This document shows, one piece after another, positions 9,284-19,337 of a DNA stretch of 64,000 bases (position 1 is the stretch's first letter; every line of letters starts with the position of its first letter). Under the pieces are notes generated by a model. That model was not told the origin of the DNA, ran no database searches, and was given only the letters and a program-made list of their open reading frames with translations. The position numbers were made by a program, and so were the translations under genes. The DNA lies in the IMG/VR virus record IMGVR_UViG_3300021399_000006, positions 14,128 to 78,127 of that record, one strand, 5' to 3'. This DNA is from a virus.

Positions 9284-9472
9284 TTATTCTTCTCCTATCT
9301 CAATACGATAACAAATATCACTAATAATATTATGAAGATTAAAATTAAAAGTATCTTCAATATCTTCTAAATCAAATTCATCTTTATAACAATGAATAAG
9401 ATTTTTAAAGGCTTCACCATATCTTTCCGCCAGTTCAGGAAAAAGAGTTTTTGAAATATCTGAATTAATCAT
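9284..9472 (-). CDS. hypothetical small acidic protein
   Basis: Track ORF of 62 aa. Confidence 0.45.
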   Translation of the reverse strand: MINSDISKTLFPELAERYGEAFKNLIHCYKDEFDLEDIEDTFNFNLHNIISDICYRIEIGEE

Positions 9473-9717
9473 CTGCTTTTCTCCCTTGCAATATCGCTAA
9501 ATTTGTACCACACGCCTTCATCATTTTCATCTCCCCAAGTATGAGTTCCTTCCCAATAGTCATAAAGTTCATCATAAGGAATAAACTTTTGTGCAAACAT
9601 GATAACACCAAAAGCCTGAGCACGACAATTCTTAACCATGTCAGCAGAAGAACATTCTTTTGCATCAGCAAGTCTTTTTTCAACAAATTCTTTAACATCA
9701 TCCATTGTGATAGTCAT
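9469..9717 (-). CDS. hypothetical protein
   Basis: Track ORF of 82 aa. RBS AAGGAAA. Confidence 0.55.
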   Translation of the reverse strand: MTITMDDVKEFVEKRLADAKECSSADMVKNCRAQAFGVIMFAQKFIPYDELYDYWEGTHTWGDENDEGVWYKFSDIAREKSR

Positions 9718-9897
9718 AGCTTATTTCCTTTCTGTTGCTTTCCTCTTGACAATTATTATTATATCAGATTATCGGGAAAATACAATATGTAATGTTGCAC
9801 AAAAATGTAGATGAAATTTTGGTAAGGTTGACTATTGACATATTTTGGGCGCTGTCTCAATGGACAGCGCCCCGGGCTTCCGCCTGGGACGACTGTT

Positions 9898-10116
9898 TTA
9901 ATATTCAAGAGCTGATAACCAATTATAGTTATTAATATAAATATCTTTCCAGAATACTCTTTTTACTTTATGTTCAGAACAATTTAACGTTTTAGCAACA
10001 TTCCAGAAAACAATGTCTCCATCTAACCACCAGTCAAAATATTCTTGTTTCATAATAAAAAGAAAAAGTAATGCTTTGATTTGTTTATCTCGTTCAATCT
10101 TTTTCTGTCGAGTCAT
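9898..10116 (-). CDS. hypothetical protein
   Basis: Track ORF of 72 aa. Confidence 0.45.
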   Translation of the reverse strand: MTRQKKIERDKQIKALLFLFIMKQEYFDWWLDGDIVFWNVAKTLNCSEHKVKRVFWKDIYINNYNWLSALEY

Positions 10117-10119
10117 AAG

Positions 10120-10380
10120 TTAATCCTCAAGCAATCTTTCTGCTACACGTCTCCTCACAAATTTTATTGTATTATCAATCTCTTTTTCATTATAATAAAA
10201 GAAATCGTCAGCCTCATCGAGTCCATCAAAACAATCGCAGATAGCACTGTTGCAATCTTCTGTAATAACTCCAAGAACTTCATCAACGATTTCATTAATG
10301 TCAATATTAACATTAATAGAACTAATTACAAATGCCATTTTATACCTCCTTAAAACTCCTTGAAAACTTCCTTCTGACAA
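10120..10380 (-). CDS. hypothetical acidic protein
   Basis: Track ORF of 86 aa. Confidence 0.5.
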   Translation of the reverse strand: MSEGSFQGVLRRYKMAFVISSINVNIDINEIVDEVLGVITEDCNSAICDCFDGLDEADDFFYYNEKEIDNTIKFVRRRVAERLLED

Positions 10381-10559
10381 TCAGGACACAGACCAGAGAT
10401 AAAACGCTCGCGGTCAGTAGGCGACATGTGTGGAAAAGCATCCTGCACAAGTTCGCCAGACAGATAATTAAGATACTGTTCTAACTCAACAGTAAGAGTA
10501 TGATAAGTATTGCACATAGGACAAACAAAACCCATAGTAATAGGAACGAAAAATTTCAT
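10350..10559 (-). CDS. small Cys4 zinc-binding protein (CPMC...CPDC)
   Basis: Track ORF 10350..10604. Internal ATG ~10559 has an RBS GGGGG. Confidence 0.45.
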   Translation of the reverse strand: MKFFVPITMGFVCPMCNTYHTLTVELEQYLNYLSGELVQDAFPHMSPTDRERFISGLCPDCQKEVFKEF

Positions 10560-10572
10560 ATTTACCCCCTTT

Positions 10573-10752
10573 TTAGAAAAACATAAAATAGCAGATACAA
10601 ACAATGCCTACTTTAATTGCAAGAGACTGAAAAATTTTAGCAAATGCTTCATACCAGTCAAAAGCAGAATCAAGAATAAAAAATGCTTTACTGATAAAAG
10701 ACACTCCCATAGCAACCGAAAAAATAATAAACATAACCATTCGCATATCCAT
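10573..10752 (-). CDS. small membrane protein (59 aa)
   Basis: Manual ORF, two hydrophobic helices. Confidence 0.35.
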   Translation of the reverse strand: MDMRMVMFIIFSVAMGVSFISKAFFILDSAFDWYEAFAKIFQSLAIKVGIVCICYFMFF

Positions 10753-11096
10753 TTTGTTTTCTCCTTTCTTGTTGATAATATAAGTATATCAGATTACAGG
10801 AAAAATACAATAGATAGATTGCACAAAAAATCAAATGAAAATTTGTTAATTATGTCTATTGACTTGAATTTTGGCGCGCGTGGTTTGTACGCGCGCCAGC
10901 CGTAGATTAAATCTGGTACAGGCTGACGCATTTTTTTACCTATTATTCCAAATCAAAGTACATGCTACGAAAACCATACAAAAAATTACAAGTGTTCCAA
11001 TATGAGGTTGTGAGCCAGGAAGAGTATAATACATTTTTTTATTTCCTTTCTTTTGATAATATCATTTTATCAAATTTTTTATTTTTTGTCAATACT

Positions 11097-11390
11097 TTAT
11101 TCTGAAGTATCGACTCCGCAAAGCCTCATAGTCATAGCGATACAAGTAAAAGCGAAAACTCCCATATCATCAGGAATAGCGTTATAAACATTAGGATAGA
11201 GTCTTTTAATACCAGTAAGAAACATTCCACCCCAATTTCCGCCACATGCAGAACAATGGTCAAGAAAAGCCTTTGTGTTTCCATTAAAAGGATTGACAGT
11301 GAAAGCGGCTTCAATAACTTTTTTGCCATCTTCTCCCCAATTTTCAACAAGATAGTTCTGTGCTTCAATAATCATATCGTATGTAATCAT
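11097..11390 (-). CDS. hypothetical protein
   Basis: Track ORF of 97 aa. Confidence 0.5.
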   Translation of the reverse strand: MITYDMIIEAQNYLVENWGEDGKKVIEAAFTVNPFNGNTKAFLDHCSACGGNWGGMFLTGIKRLYPNVYNAIPDDMGVFAFTCIAMTMRLCGVDTSE

Positions 11391-11737
11391 GCTTTATTCT
11401 CCTGTTCGTTAATAGCATCTGACAAATGATAACAAGATTCATAGGGATTAGTTTCAATAGCTTTTATCATAGAATCCATATCCCACTCAATTGAAATAAT
11501 ATTTTGAAGAGGATACATAATTCCTGCATCGTCTTTTATGTAACCATTCTTTTTAATAAAAAGCATAAGATATTCAGGAATAGAACAAGTAATACTATCG
11601 GGATTTATATGAGAAAAATAAGAATATTTATGCTTTTCATTATCAATAGTAGTAAAAGATACAGTATAATGAATAGCTGTTACAATATTTTTTTCTCCAT
11701 AAATCTTTTTGTATAACCATTTATTAATATTAAACAT
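11387..11737 (-). CDS. hypothetical protein
   Basis: Track ORF of 116 aa. Confidence 0.5.
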   Translation of the reverse strand: MFNINKWLYKKIYGEKNIVTAIHYTVSFTTIDNEKHKYSYFSHINPDSITCSIPEYLMLFIKKNGYIKDDAGIMYPLQNIISIEWDMDSMIKAIETNPYESCYHLSDAINEQENKA

Positions 11738-11919
11738 TTTTTATCTCCTTTCCTCTTGACAATTATTATTATATCAGATTATAGGAATAAAACAATAGGC
11801 AAAATATACAAAAAATGGATGAAAAATTTGTTAAAAGTGATGTATTGACAAAAAAATGGCGCGCGTGGGTTGTACGCGCGCCAAAAAGGCTACCACCTTT
11901 TACAGTGGTAGCCTGTGGG

Positions 11920-12321
11920 TTACTCTGCTTCACCGTCCGTAGGTTCAGCATCAGGGGCAACGAACTCGACCCCCTTGACAGCGTACAGAGTGCGCTTCTT
12001 ATAGACGTGTCTCTGTGCCTTGTCAGCCTTAATCAGCTGACCCAGGAGAGCACCCATCTTCTGCGGAGACAGGTCTGCCAGACGCTCATCTGCCATAATG
12101 TCAGCCATAGGGATGAACTCCTCTGCTTCCGTAAGAATCTCAAGGATGATACCCTTAAGGGTCTCATTCTGCTTCTGTGTCTTAGTCATACCGCTCTTAG
12201 AGCCACGCTTGTTCAGCTGTGCAATCAGAGCGTTCAGGCGTTCGATTGCTTCGGGATTAGTCTCGCCCAGAGCCTTGATACCATGGTTGATAGCTTCTAC
12301 GTAAGTCATAGTCTTAGTCAT
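11920..12321 (-). CDS. Family-A paralog 1 (133 aa, GC-rich), unknown function
   Basis: Track ORF. Paralogous to 15319..15723 and 17488..17853 (M..MTY.EAI.....A.G..N/H.EA.ERL.AL.AQL.KR...G.TKTQK). Confidence 0.6.
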   Translation of the reverse strand: MTKTMTYVEAINHGIKALGETNPEAIERLNALIAQLNKRGSKSGMTKTQKQNETLKGIILEILTEAEEFIPMADIMADERLADLSPQKMGALLGQLIKADKAQRHVYKKRTLYAVKGVEFVAPDAEPTDGEAE

Positions 12322-12878
12322 GTTTTTCTCCTTTACTGATGAATTGTTTTCTTTATCTTATGTATTTATTATATCAAAGTTTTTTTTGTTTGTCAATAGT
12401 TTTTTTTGTTTTTTTCGGGGAATAAGAAGCGGTGACGTCAATCCGCTTCCGTTTACCCCTGCCCATATTTATGTCATTGCGGATGGGCTTCCGCTTAGCT
12501 ACAAAATCGCATACACTTAATATCCTTTCCTGACCTGTTTCCTAAAGATATTGTAGCATAAATGTTGTTCCGTGTCAAGCCTTTTTTAGTAATTTTTTAA
12601 GGTTTCTCTTTGCGGTCGTTCCATGGCACTAACGGCAAAGGTACTTTTTGGGGCTGTGCTGACCGTCTTGACTGTCGGCCCTCTCCCTCTCTCATTTTGT
12701 AATTAAATTATATCAGAAATTTTTTAATTTTGCAAGTACGAATATCGGGAAATTTTTTATCGTAAATTTGTTTAAAAAAATGCTTGACAAAATGGCTCGG
12801 AGTATGGTATAATGGAATTTTGGCGCGCATCGATCGATGCGCGCCCGACCAGTTTTTTATACCAATCGGGCGTATTTT

Positions 12879-13067
12879 TTATCGTTTTATCATATTTAAA
12901 AGCTGATTAAATAAAGCGATATAGTCATCGTTATCTATAAATCTAATGGCTGTTTCTCCAAAAAATTTTTCAATAGTTTCGTCAATAGCGTCGGAAACAT
13001 CTTCCGCAAGAGTTTCCATATTAAAGTCAATTGAAAAAGTACATTTTTCTGCATCATAATTAAACAT
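12879..13067 (-). CDS. small acidic protein
   Basis: Track ORF of 62 aa. Three-gene acidic operon. Confidence 0.45.
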   Translation of the reverse strand: MFNYDAEKCTFSIDFNMETLAEDVSDAIDETIEKFFGETAIRFIDNDDYIALFNQLLNMIKR

Positions 13068-13070
13068 TTT

Positions 13071-13268
13071 TTATTCTCCTTTTTTAATTTTAGCTTCTTC
13101 AAGAACAGTATTAAGGAAAAAAGGGTAATCTTTATCAGAAATGCAGATTTCAGAATTTCCTATCCATCTATCAACAGCATCAATTACTTCATCTACAACC
13201 TGTTGAATATCAAAAACTTCAACAGTAGTAACTTTCATAAGACCATTATCTTTACAAAATTCAATCAT
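13071..13268 (-). CDS. small acidic protein
   Basis: Track ORF of 65 aa. Confidence 0.45.
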   Translation of the reverse strand: MIEFCKDNGLMKVTTVEVFDIQQVVDEVIDAVDRWIGNSEICISDKDYPFFLNTVLEEAKIKKGE

Positions 13269-13494
13269 TTTTTCTTTCTCCTTCTTCTGCTAAAGTTAAT
13301 ACATAATCGGCAACATCTATAATAAGATTATTATGATTTTCAATTATAGTAGAATGGTCTGCAATATCTAATTCATTAATACCCAATTCTTGATAAATCT
13401 CTTCTTCAATAAGATTAAGAATACGTTCTGCAATTACTTGAATGTCAATAGCAGATTTTTTAACAACAGTAACAGGAACAACTCTTGATTTCAT
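13261..13494 (-). CDS. small acidic protein
   Basis: Track ORF of 77 aa. Confidence 0.45.
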   Translation of the reverse strand: MKSRVVPVTVVKKSAIDIQVIAERILNLIEEEIYQELGINELDIADHSTIIENHNNLIIDVADYVLTLAEEGERKND

Positions 13495-13743
13495 TATCTA
13501 TCTCCTTTCTTTTGATAAGTCTATTATATCAGATTCCAAAAGAAAGTCAATACTTTTTAGGAAAAATATTTTTTATTTTTTCTTGCGGAAATTGCTTGAC
13601 AAAAAGCCTTACCTGTGATATACTTAAAAATTCGGCGCGCGCTGGAGTGGGACACGCAAGCGCGCGCCGTTCATAAATCTGAATTTCAAATTTATGTATA
13701 AAAAAATCCAGAAAGCTGAAATTCAGTTTTCTGGATAGTGGTT

Positions 13744-14133
13744 TTACTTTTTCGGGGGACGATGCTTGACAAGTTTCACAGTGTATGAATTACCGTTAAA
13801 AGTGAAACTAAATTCCGCTTCATTCTTTACACTGGACACGACACCGCCGAACACTTCAACCGCTGTTTTAATGGCAGTCAGCAGACCGCCTTTTTCAGCA
13901 TCGACCTTGCGTTCTCTTACGACCTTTTTGCGTTCCTTATCCGACTTTTCGTAGCGTCTACCGACCTCTTTAGCTTTTTTGGTCATGGCTTCCGCTTCCT
14001 CATTGTCTGTGTAATCATGGTCATCCAGCCAAACATCAATAGCTTCCTCTTTCGGAATGTCAAGGCTTGCCATAAGTTTTTTAATATCTCCATCGGGAAT
14101 ATTGATTTCTTTGCCATTGAAATTATATTTCAT
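13744..14133 (-). CDS. hypothetical Lys/Glu-rich protein
   Basis: Track ORF of 129 aa. Confidence 0.5.
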   Translation of the reverse strand: MKYNFNGKEINIPDGDIKKLMASLDIPKEEAIDVWLDDHDYTDNEEAEAMTKKAKEVGRRYEKSDKERKKVVRERKVDAEKGGLLTAIKTAVEVFGGVVSSVKNEAEFSFTFNGNSYTVKLVKHRPPKK

Positions 14134-14188
14134 AACGTACCCCTTTCTTTATTTTCTAAAAAAATTTTATCATAAAATTTTTTATTTG

Positions 14189-14884
14189 TCAAGTAGTAAA
14201 AAGCCGATATTCCATTTTTTTGTGCTGTCTAAAACAATGTGCCATGATTTTAGTCTCAATCAAAACATCCTCAAGCCCTGTGTGGGCTTCATCAAATGTG
14301 TTATTGCCTGAAATGTATCTGTAAAGAATTTCAGCAGTAAGACGAACACGAGGATTTTTGTGTTTTGTCATGTATTCATTTTTAATACACCATCTTTCAT
14401 AACTTTTCTGTTTTCCGATTGTCTGTCTTGCCATTTTCAAAGTATCCCAAATTTCCATTTTATAAGGGAAAAAGAAACGCTTTTTTGATTTATAGACCCA
14501 TCGGATAGTATTAGTCAGTGCTTTCCAATCAAAATGTGCGTTATGTGCGAAAATTGCCTTTACGCCAAATTCTTTTAAATCTTTCCAAAAGACATTATAC
14601 ATAGTCTGGAATCTAACAAGTTTCCGCTGTCCGCTTTTAACCTGTTCCCAATACATGGGAATTTTTTCAGCGTAATAGGCGGACGCCATAACGTCTTTCA
14701 TAGCTACAAAAACTTCATAAATCAGAAATGAACGAGTTTTATAAATCCGTCCCTGTTTGTCAGTGATAACCCAACCAATATCGTATACAAGAGACTGTGA
14801 TAAATCCAGTTTATCACCATCAAGCATAATGCCGTTACAAGTTTCAGTATCAAGCCCCATAAGGTATTTAATTCTTTTATCCAT
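14189..14884 (-). CDS. DEDDh 3'-5' exonuclease (DnaQ/RNase T-like)
   Basis: Track ORF 14189..14956. Start ATG 14884 (MDKRIKY) has RBS AAAGGAGA. Exo motifs GLDTETC, FAHNAHFDW, HTGLEDV. Confidence 0.7.
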   Translation of the reverse strand: MDKRIKYLMGLDTETCNGIMLDGDKLDLSQSLVYDIGWVITDKQGRIYKTRSFLIYEVFVAMKDVMASAYYAEKIPMYWEQVKSGQRKLVRFQTMYNVFWKDLKEFGVKAIFAHNAHFDWKALTNTIRWVYKSKKRFFFPYKMEIWDTLKMARQTIGKQKSYERWCIKNEYMTKHKNPRVRLTAEILYRYISGNNTFDEAHTGLEDVLIETKIMAHCFRQHKKMEYRLFTT

Positions 14885-15159
14885 TCTATCTCCTTTTGTG
14901 TGCTGTTCTTTGTTCCTTACAAGTATTATTATAAGGGATAGCAAGCGGAAAAGCAAGCAAAATTTTTAAAAAATTTGCACAAATTTCGGGATTTTATTTA
15001 ATTAAAATTTGTGCAGATTTTCACTTGACAAAAAGGTTGGCGGTATGGTATAATGGATTTTCCCCGCGGCCCGGAGGACCGCGGGGCGAGCAAAAAAAAT
15101 AGGGCCTGGAATATTCCAGGCCCACACACAGAAAGGAGGACAAATAAAAGTCAGTCAAG

Positions 15160-15232
15160 TGTGCCCGAAGGGACTTGAACCCTCGACCCTTTGATTAAAA
15201 GTCAAATGCTCTACCAACTGAGCTACGGGCAC
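15160..15232 (-). tRNA. tRNA-Lys (anticodon UUU), 73 nt, CCA not encoded
   Basis: Cloverleaf read by hand: acceptor GUGCCCG/CGGGCAC, D-arm GCUC-AGUUGGUA-GAGC, anticodon arm UUUGA-CUUUUAA-UCAAA, T-arm GAGGG-UUCAAGU-CCCUU. Confidence 0.75.
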
Positions 15233-15318
15233 ATAGACCCCACGTGGTACGCTATTAAGCGTGTGGGGTGCTGATATATGGCGGTTTTGATAAGGGAGAC
15301 CGCAAACTCCCCGATAGG

Positions 15319-15723
15319 TTAGGCGTCCTCGTCCTCTGCTACCTCGGCATCAGGAGCAACAAACTCCGTGCCTGCGATAGCGTACAGGGTGCGCTTTTTA
15401 TAGACCTTACGGACAACCTTTTCAGCCTTTACAAGCTGACCGAGCAGAGCACCCATTTTCTGGGTGGACATACCCTCGGGCAGGCGGTCATCTGCAAGCA
15501 GGTCTGCCATAGGGACGAAGTCCTCTACCTCTGCCAGAATATCAAGGATAACTGCCTTGATTTCCTCGTTGGCTTTCTGGGTCTTAGTCATACCACCCTT
15601 AGAGCTACGCTTTGCAAGCTGTGCAGTGAGAGCGTTCAGTCTCTCAACCGCTTCGGGATTGGTATCACCGAGAGCCTTGATTGCGAAATCGATTGCAGTT
15701 GCATAAGTCATAACGTTTGCCAT
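15319..15723 (-). CDS. Family-A paralog 2 (134 aa, GC-rich)
   Basis: Track ORF. Confidence 0.6.
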   Translation of the reverse strand: MANVMTYATAIDFAIKALGDTNPEAVERLNALTAQLAKRSSKGGMTKTQKANEEIKAVILDILAEVEDFVPMADLLADDRLPEGMSTQKMGALLGQLVKAEKVVRKVYKKRTLYAIAGTEFVAPDAEVAEDEDA

Positions 15724-16097
15724 AATGTTTTTCTCCTTTTTGATGAATGATTTTGTTTTCTTTATTTTATGTATTTATTATACTATAAGTTTTTTTATTT
15801 GTCAAGAACTTTTTTTATTTTTTATTTCTTGACTTTACAAGGAACACATGTTAGCAAGCCTTTGCATTTTTGCGTATTGGGATTGAGTCGGCTTTTGTTT
15901 TCCTCTTTCCCTTACCTTGTAAATATATTTTATCAAAAATTTTTAAAAAACGCAATATCGGAATATTGCACAAATTTCGGGATCTGTATTGATGTAAGTT
16001 TGTGCAGATTTTCACTTGACAAAATCTCAAGGATATGATATAATGGAATTTTCGCCGCGGCCCTGTGGACCGCGGCCCGCACAAAAAAAGGAGAGCC

Positions 16098-16277
16098 TTA
16101 CAGCTCTCCCCAGTTAGCGGAATTTTTAACAATACGTCTATCCTGTCTCCGTGCGGAGCGTTTAAACTGTTTACACAGTTTACGATATTCCGCACGAGTA
16201 TAAAGAAGTCCAACTTCTTTAACACCCAGCCCCCAGATAGACCAATTTTTAGCAGTACCCTTTTTAAAATAATCCAT
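16098..16277 (-). CDS. small basic protein (59 aa)
   Basis: Manual ORF with RBS GGAGAAAAAT. Confidence 0.4.
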   Translation of the reverse strand: MDYFKKGTAKNWSIWGLGVKEVGLLYTRAEYRKLCKQFKRSARRQDRRIVKNSANWGEL

Positions 16278-16288
16278 ATTTTTCTCCT

Positions 16289-16738
16289 TTAAGCAATCAG
16301 ACCAGACAGAAACGGGATAATATTCTGATTTGCGTCAATAGCGTCTCCGAGTGTCCAATCTTTTCTCACACGGTCATCATCATCAATCAAAATCTGAAAA
16401 CCACCGAGGTTTTTTGTACAGGTCTCTTTAACAGTTCCATATTCTACGATATGAAGTTCGTCATAAGGGAAATCATATTTCCGAAGCCAGTCAACTTTTG
16501 CCTGTTTGACTTTCGCATCATAGTTAGGAGTAGAATCTTTAGCAAGCCACGATGTAACGACAATTCGCCAACCGTCATTTTTAAGCACCCACAGGATAGC
16601 GGTCAGAAGCACCATATCATAAAGGGGTTTAGCTTTAATGTACGGTGTAGGGTCTTCCGCCCTAAGCATTTTCAGCCATCCTTTTACATTATAAGTATCA
16701 GCAAGAGTACCATCCATATCAAATACAAGAGTTTTCAT
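16289..16738 (-). CDS. HAD-superfamily hydrolase (5'(3')-deoxyribonucleotidase-like; FDMDGTL motif I)
   Basis: Track ORF of 149 aa. Confidence 0.6.
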   Translation of the reverse strand: MKTLVFDMDGTLADTYNVKGWLKMLRAEDPTPYIKAKPLYDMVLLTAILWVLKNDGWRIVVTSWLAKDSTPNYDAKVKQAKVDWLRKYDFPYDELHIVEYGTVKETCTKNLGGFQILIDDDDRVRKDWTLGDAIDANQNIIPFLSGLIA

Positions 16739-17060
16739 TTTTTGTTCTCCTTTCCTTTTGTTGATTATATATTATCATACATTGGAGAGATTGTCAAGGA
16801 TATTTTTTAAAGTAATCCACATAATTTTGCAATTATAGGGCTTATTACATAAAAAATTAAAAATAAGAAAAAAATCCAATTAAAATTAATTTCATCTTTT
16901 TTCGGTTTATGATAGACACTATAAACACCGATAATAAATATACTAATAAGATAAAATATAAAAATAATTTTTCCTGTCATTTTTTATTTTTCCTTTTCCT
17001 TTTGTTGATTATATATTATCACACATTGGAGAGATTGTCAATACTTTTTAAAAAATTTTT

Positions 17061-17243
17061 TTAAATTTCAAAAGTATCATTGCCGAACATTTCAACCATC
17101 TCATAAAATTCTTCTACAGAAGAACAATCAAAGGAAGCACCATTGATTTCTGCTACCTTTTCGCCGTAGGCTTCAAAGAAAATAGCGTTTTCAGTTTCAG
17201 CAAGAACAGTAAAAAATCTTTTAATATATTCTCTATGTGTCAT
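17061..17243 (-). CDS. small acidic protein
   Basis: Track ORF of 60 aa. Confidence 0.5.
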   Translation of the reverse strand: MTHREYIKRFFTVLAETENAIFFEAYGEKVAEINGASFDCSSVEEFYEMVEMFGNDTFEI

Positions 17244-17487
17244 GTTATTTCCTTTCTATTGCTTTCCTCTTGACAATTATTATTATAAGCGATAGCCTTA
17301 AAAAACACAATAGGTAAATTATACAAATTTCGGGATCAAATTTTGTTTATTTTTATTGTAGATTTCACTTGACAAAAAGCTGGCAGATGTGATATAATTG
17401 AATTTTGGCCCGCGCCGGAGCACTACGCGCAGGCGCGGGCCAAGCACAAAAAAGCGACTTTTAAGGGGAAGTCGCCACCCCATAAAA

Positions 17488-17853
17488 TTATTCCTCTGCT
17501 ACCAGAGAGTAGACAACGTGCTTGTCAGCCTTGCCCTTTTCAACGATGCCATCCTTGACCATCTGACCAAGGAGTGCGCCCATCTTCTGGACAGACAGAC
17601 CATCAGGCAGGCGAGGGTCAGCAATCAGCTTCACCATGCCGACAGGCTCTTCGGCTTCGCCGAGGATTTCAGCAATCATTTTCTTGATTGCTACGTTTGC
17701 TTTCTGAGTCTTAGTCAGACCCTTAGAGCCAGAGTTGCGCTTCGCAAGCTGTGCCTGGAGTGCCTTGAGGCGGTCAACGGCTTCGGTATGGTCTGCGCCC
17801 ATAGCCTCGATAGCGATATTGATAGCTTCTGCATAAGTCATAACATTTGCCAT
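17488..17853 (-). CDS. Family-A paralog 3 (121 aa, GC-rich)
   Basis: Track ORF. RBS AAAGGAG. Confidence 0.6.
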   Translation of the reverse strand: MANVMTYAEAINIAIEAMGADHTEAVDRLKALQAQLAKRNSGSKGLTKTQKANVAIKKMIAEILGEAEEPVGMVKLIADPRLPDGLSVQKMGALLGQMVKDGIVEKGKADKHVVYSLVAEE

Positions 17854-18212
17854 AATTTTTCTCCTTTACTGATGAAAATCTTTTGTTTTCTTTTGATGAT
17901 GTTATTATATCAGGTTTTTTGTTTCTTGTCAAGGCTTTTTTTGAAAGTTTTTTAATTTTTTTCAAGTGATTGACCAGAGCCTTACCCCGTAGCCGTAACC
18001 ACCTGACTGCCTTTCCCTTACCTTGTAAATATATTATACTAAAAATTTTTTAGTTTTTCAAGATGGAATATTGCACAAATTTTGGGATCGTGAGAGATGA
18101 AAGTTTGTACAAAATGCCGATTGACTTTTTTCTGGCGGTGTGGTATAATGGAAATTTCGCCACGCGCTGGAAAGGGACGCACCAGCGCGTGGCGAGCAAA
18201 AAAACAGAGGGT

Positions 18213-18395
18213 TTACACCCTCTGCCCACCCTGACGGATGAAACAGCCAGAGCACTCATAAGAGCCATCTCCGACAGCCTTGACCCCAGTCAGGTCAAGG
18301 ATATAGAGGCCTGTAGCCTCGATTGCCTTGCGGATGACTGCGACCTTGTTAGAGGAAGCGTTAACAGTGACGATGTAAGATGCGAAATTCATCAT
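18213..18395 (-). CDS. small protein (60 aa) preceded by a ~220-nt GC-rich structured leader (18396-18620)
   Basis: Track ORF. RBS AAAAGGAG. Upstream consensus minus promoter at ~18620-18650. Confidence 0.5.
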   Translation of the reverse strand: MMNFASYIVTVNASSNKVAVIRKAIEATGLYILDLTGVKAVGDGSYECSGCFIRQGGQRV

Positions 18396-19106
18396 AGTGA
18401 TATTCTCCTTTTCTGATGGTGATTATTAATTGAAATGCGTCCATCCTACCAGCCTAGGGGTTCCAGACGCTCCCCGTATGTTGCCTGCACATTTATATAC
18501 CGCAAAGTAGGACTTCGGCTTGCGGTGGTGGGTCTTTGTTAGGAAGACTTACTGCGACAACTTGGCGTCTTGGGTTCTTTCCCTTGCTTCCATCCCTCAC
18601 CTTATGTATTTATTATAGCACCTTTAGGTGGCTATGTCAATACCTTTTTTAAAAAATTTTTCAATCTTTGTGGTCCTGACCCGTGAGGTAGATTGAAAAC
18701 CCAGAGCGGTTTGTGTCGTGTCCTCGTCGCCATAGCACGGCTTTTTGTTTATTGAGGAGTTTGCTCTCCTCATTTGATGATTATATTCTATCATCTTTTT
18801 TATTATTTGTCAAGAGGAAATTTAAATTTTTTTAAATTCTTGCTTCGCTACCGTGTATCCACAAGCAGAAGACCCGAGGTCGGGAACATCTCCTGTCCTC
18901 TTGACAATTATTATTATAAGCGAAAACGGGCGGAAATGCAATAGGTAATATTATACAAATTTCGGGATCAAAAAAGATTGTTATTTGTATAATTTTCCTC
19001 TTGACAAAAAGCTGACGGGTGTGATATAATGATTTTTCCGCGCGCCCCGATGGTGCGCGCGGCAAGCAAAAAAAATAAGGGGATAGTAAACCCTATCCCC
19101 TTATTC

Positions 19107-19310
19107 TTAGCAATCATAGGTGTAGCATCCCTCGTAAGGGTCGAATCCGCATTCATCTACATCGGGTTCATCGTCCCAGTCATACTCCTCATCCTCGTAC
19201 TCTTCCTCATACTCAGATTCATCAACAGAACAGTAGGTTGCACAAGTGCATCCATATTCTGCCTCGTAGGGGCAATTTCCAAAGTCACAAGGGGTTTCCG
19301 CTCTCAGCAT
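19107..19310 (-). CDS. highly acidic Cys-containing small protein (67 aa; candidate DNA mimic/anti-defence)
   Basis: Track ORF. More than 35% D/E. Followed by a strong terminator. Confidence 0.5.
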   Translation of the reverse strand: MLRAETPCDFGNCPYEAEYGCTCATYCSVDESEYEEEYEDEEYDWDDEPDVDECGFDPYEGCYTYDC

Positions 19311-19337
19311 ATCTTTATCTCCTTTCCTATTGTTGGA

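Noticed and set aside
15160-15232. The tRNA as the amber suppressor
   Set aside because: The anticodon loop reads CUUUUAA, giving anticodon UUU (Lys), not CUA.
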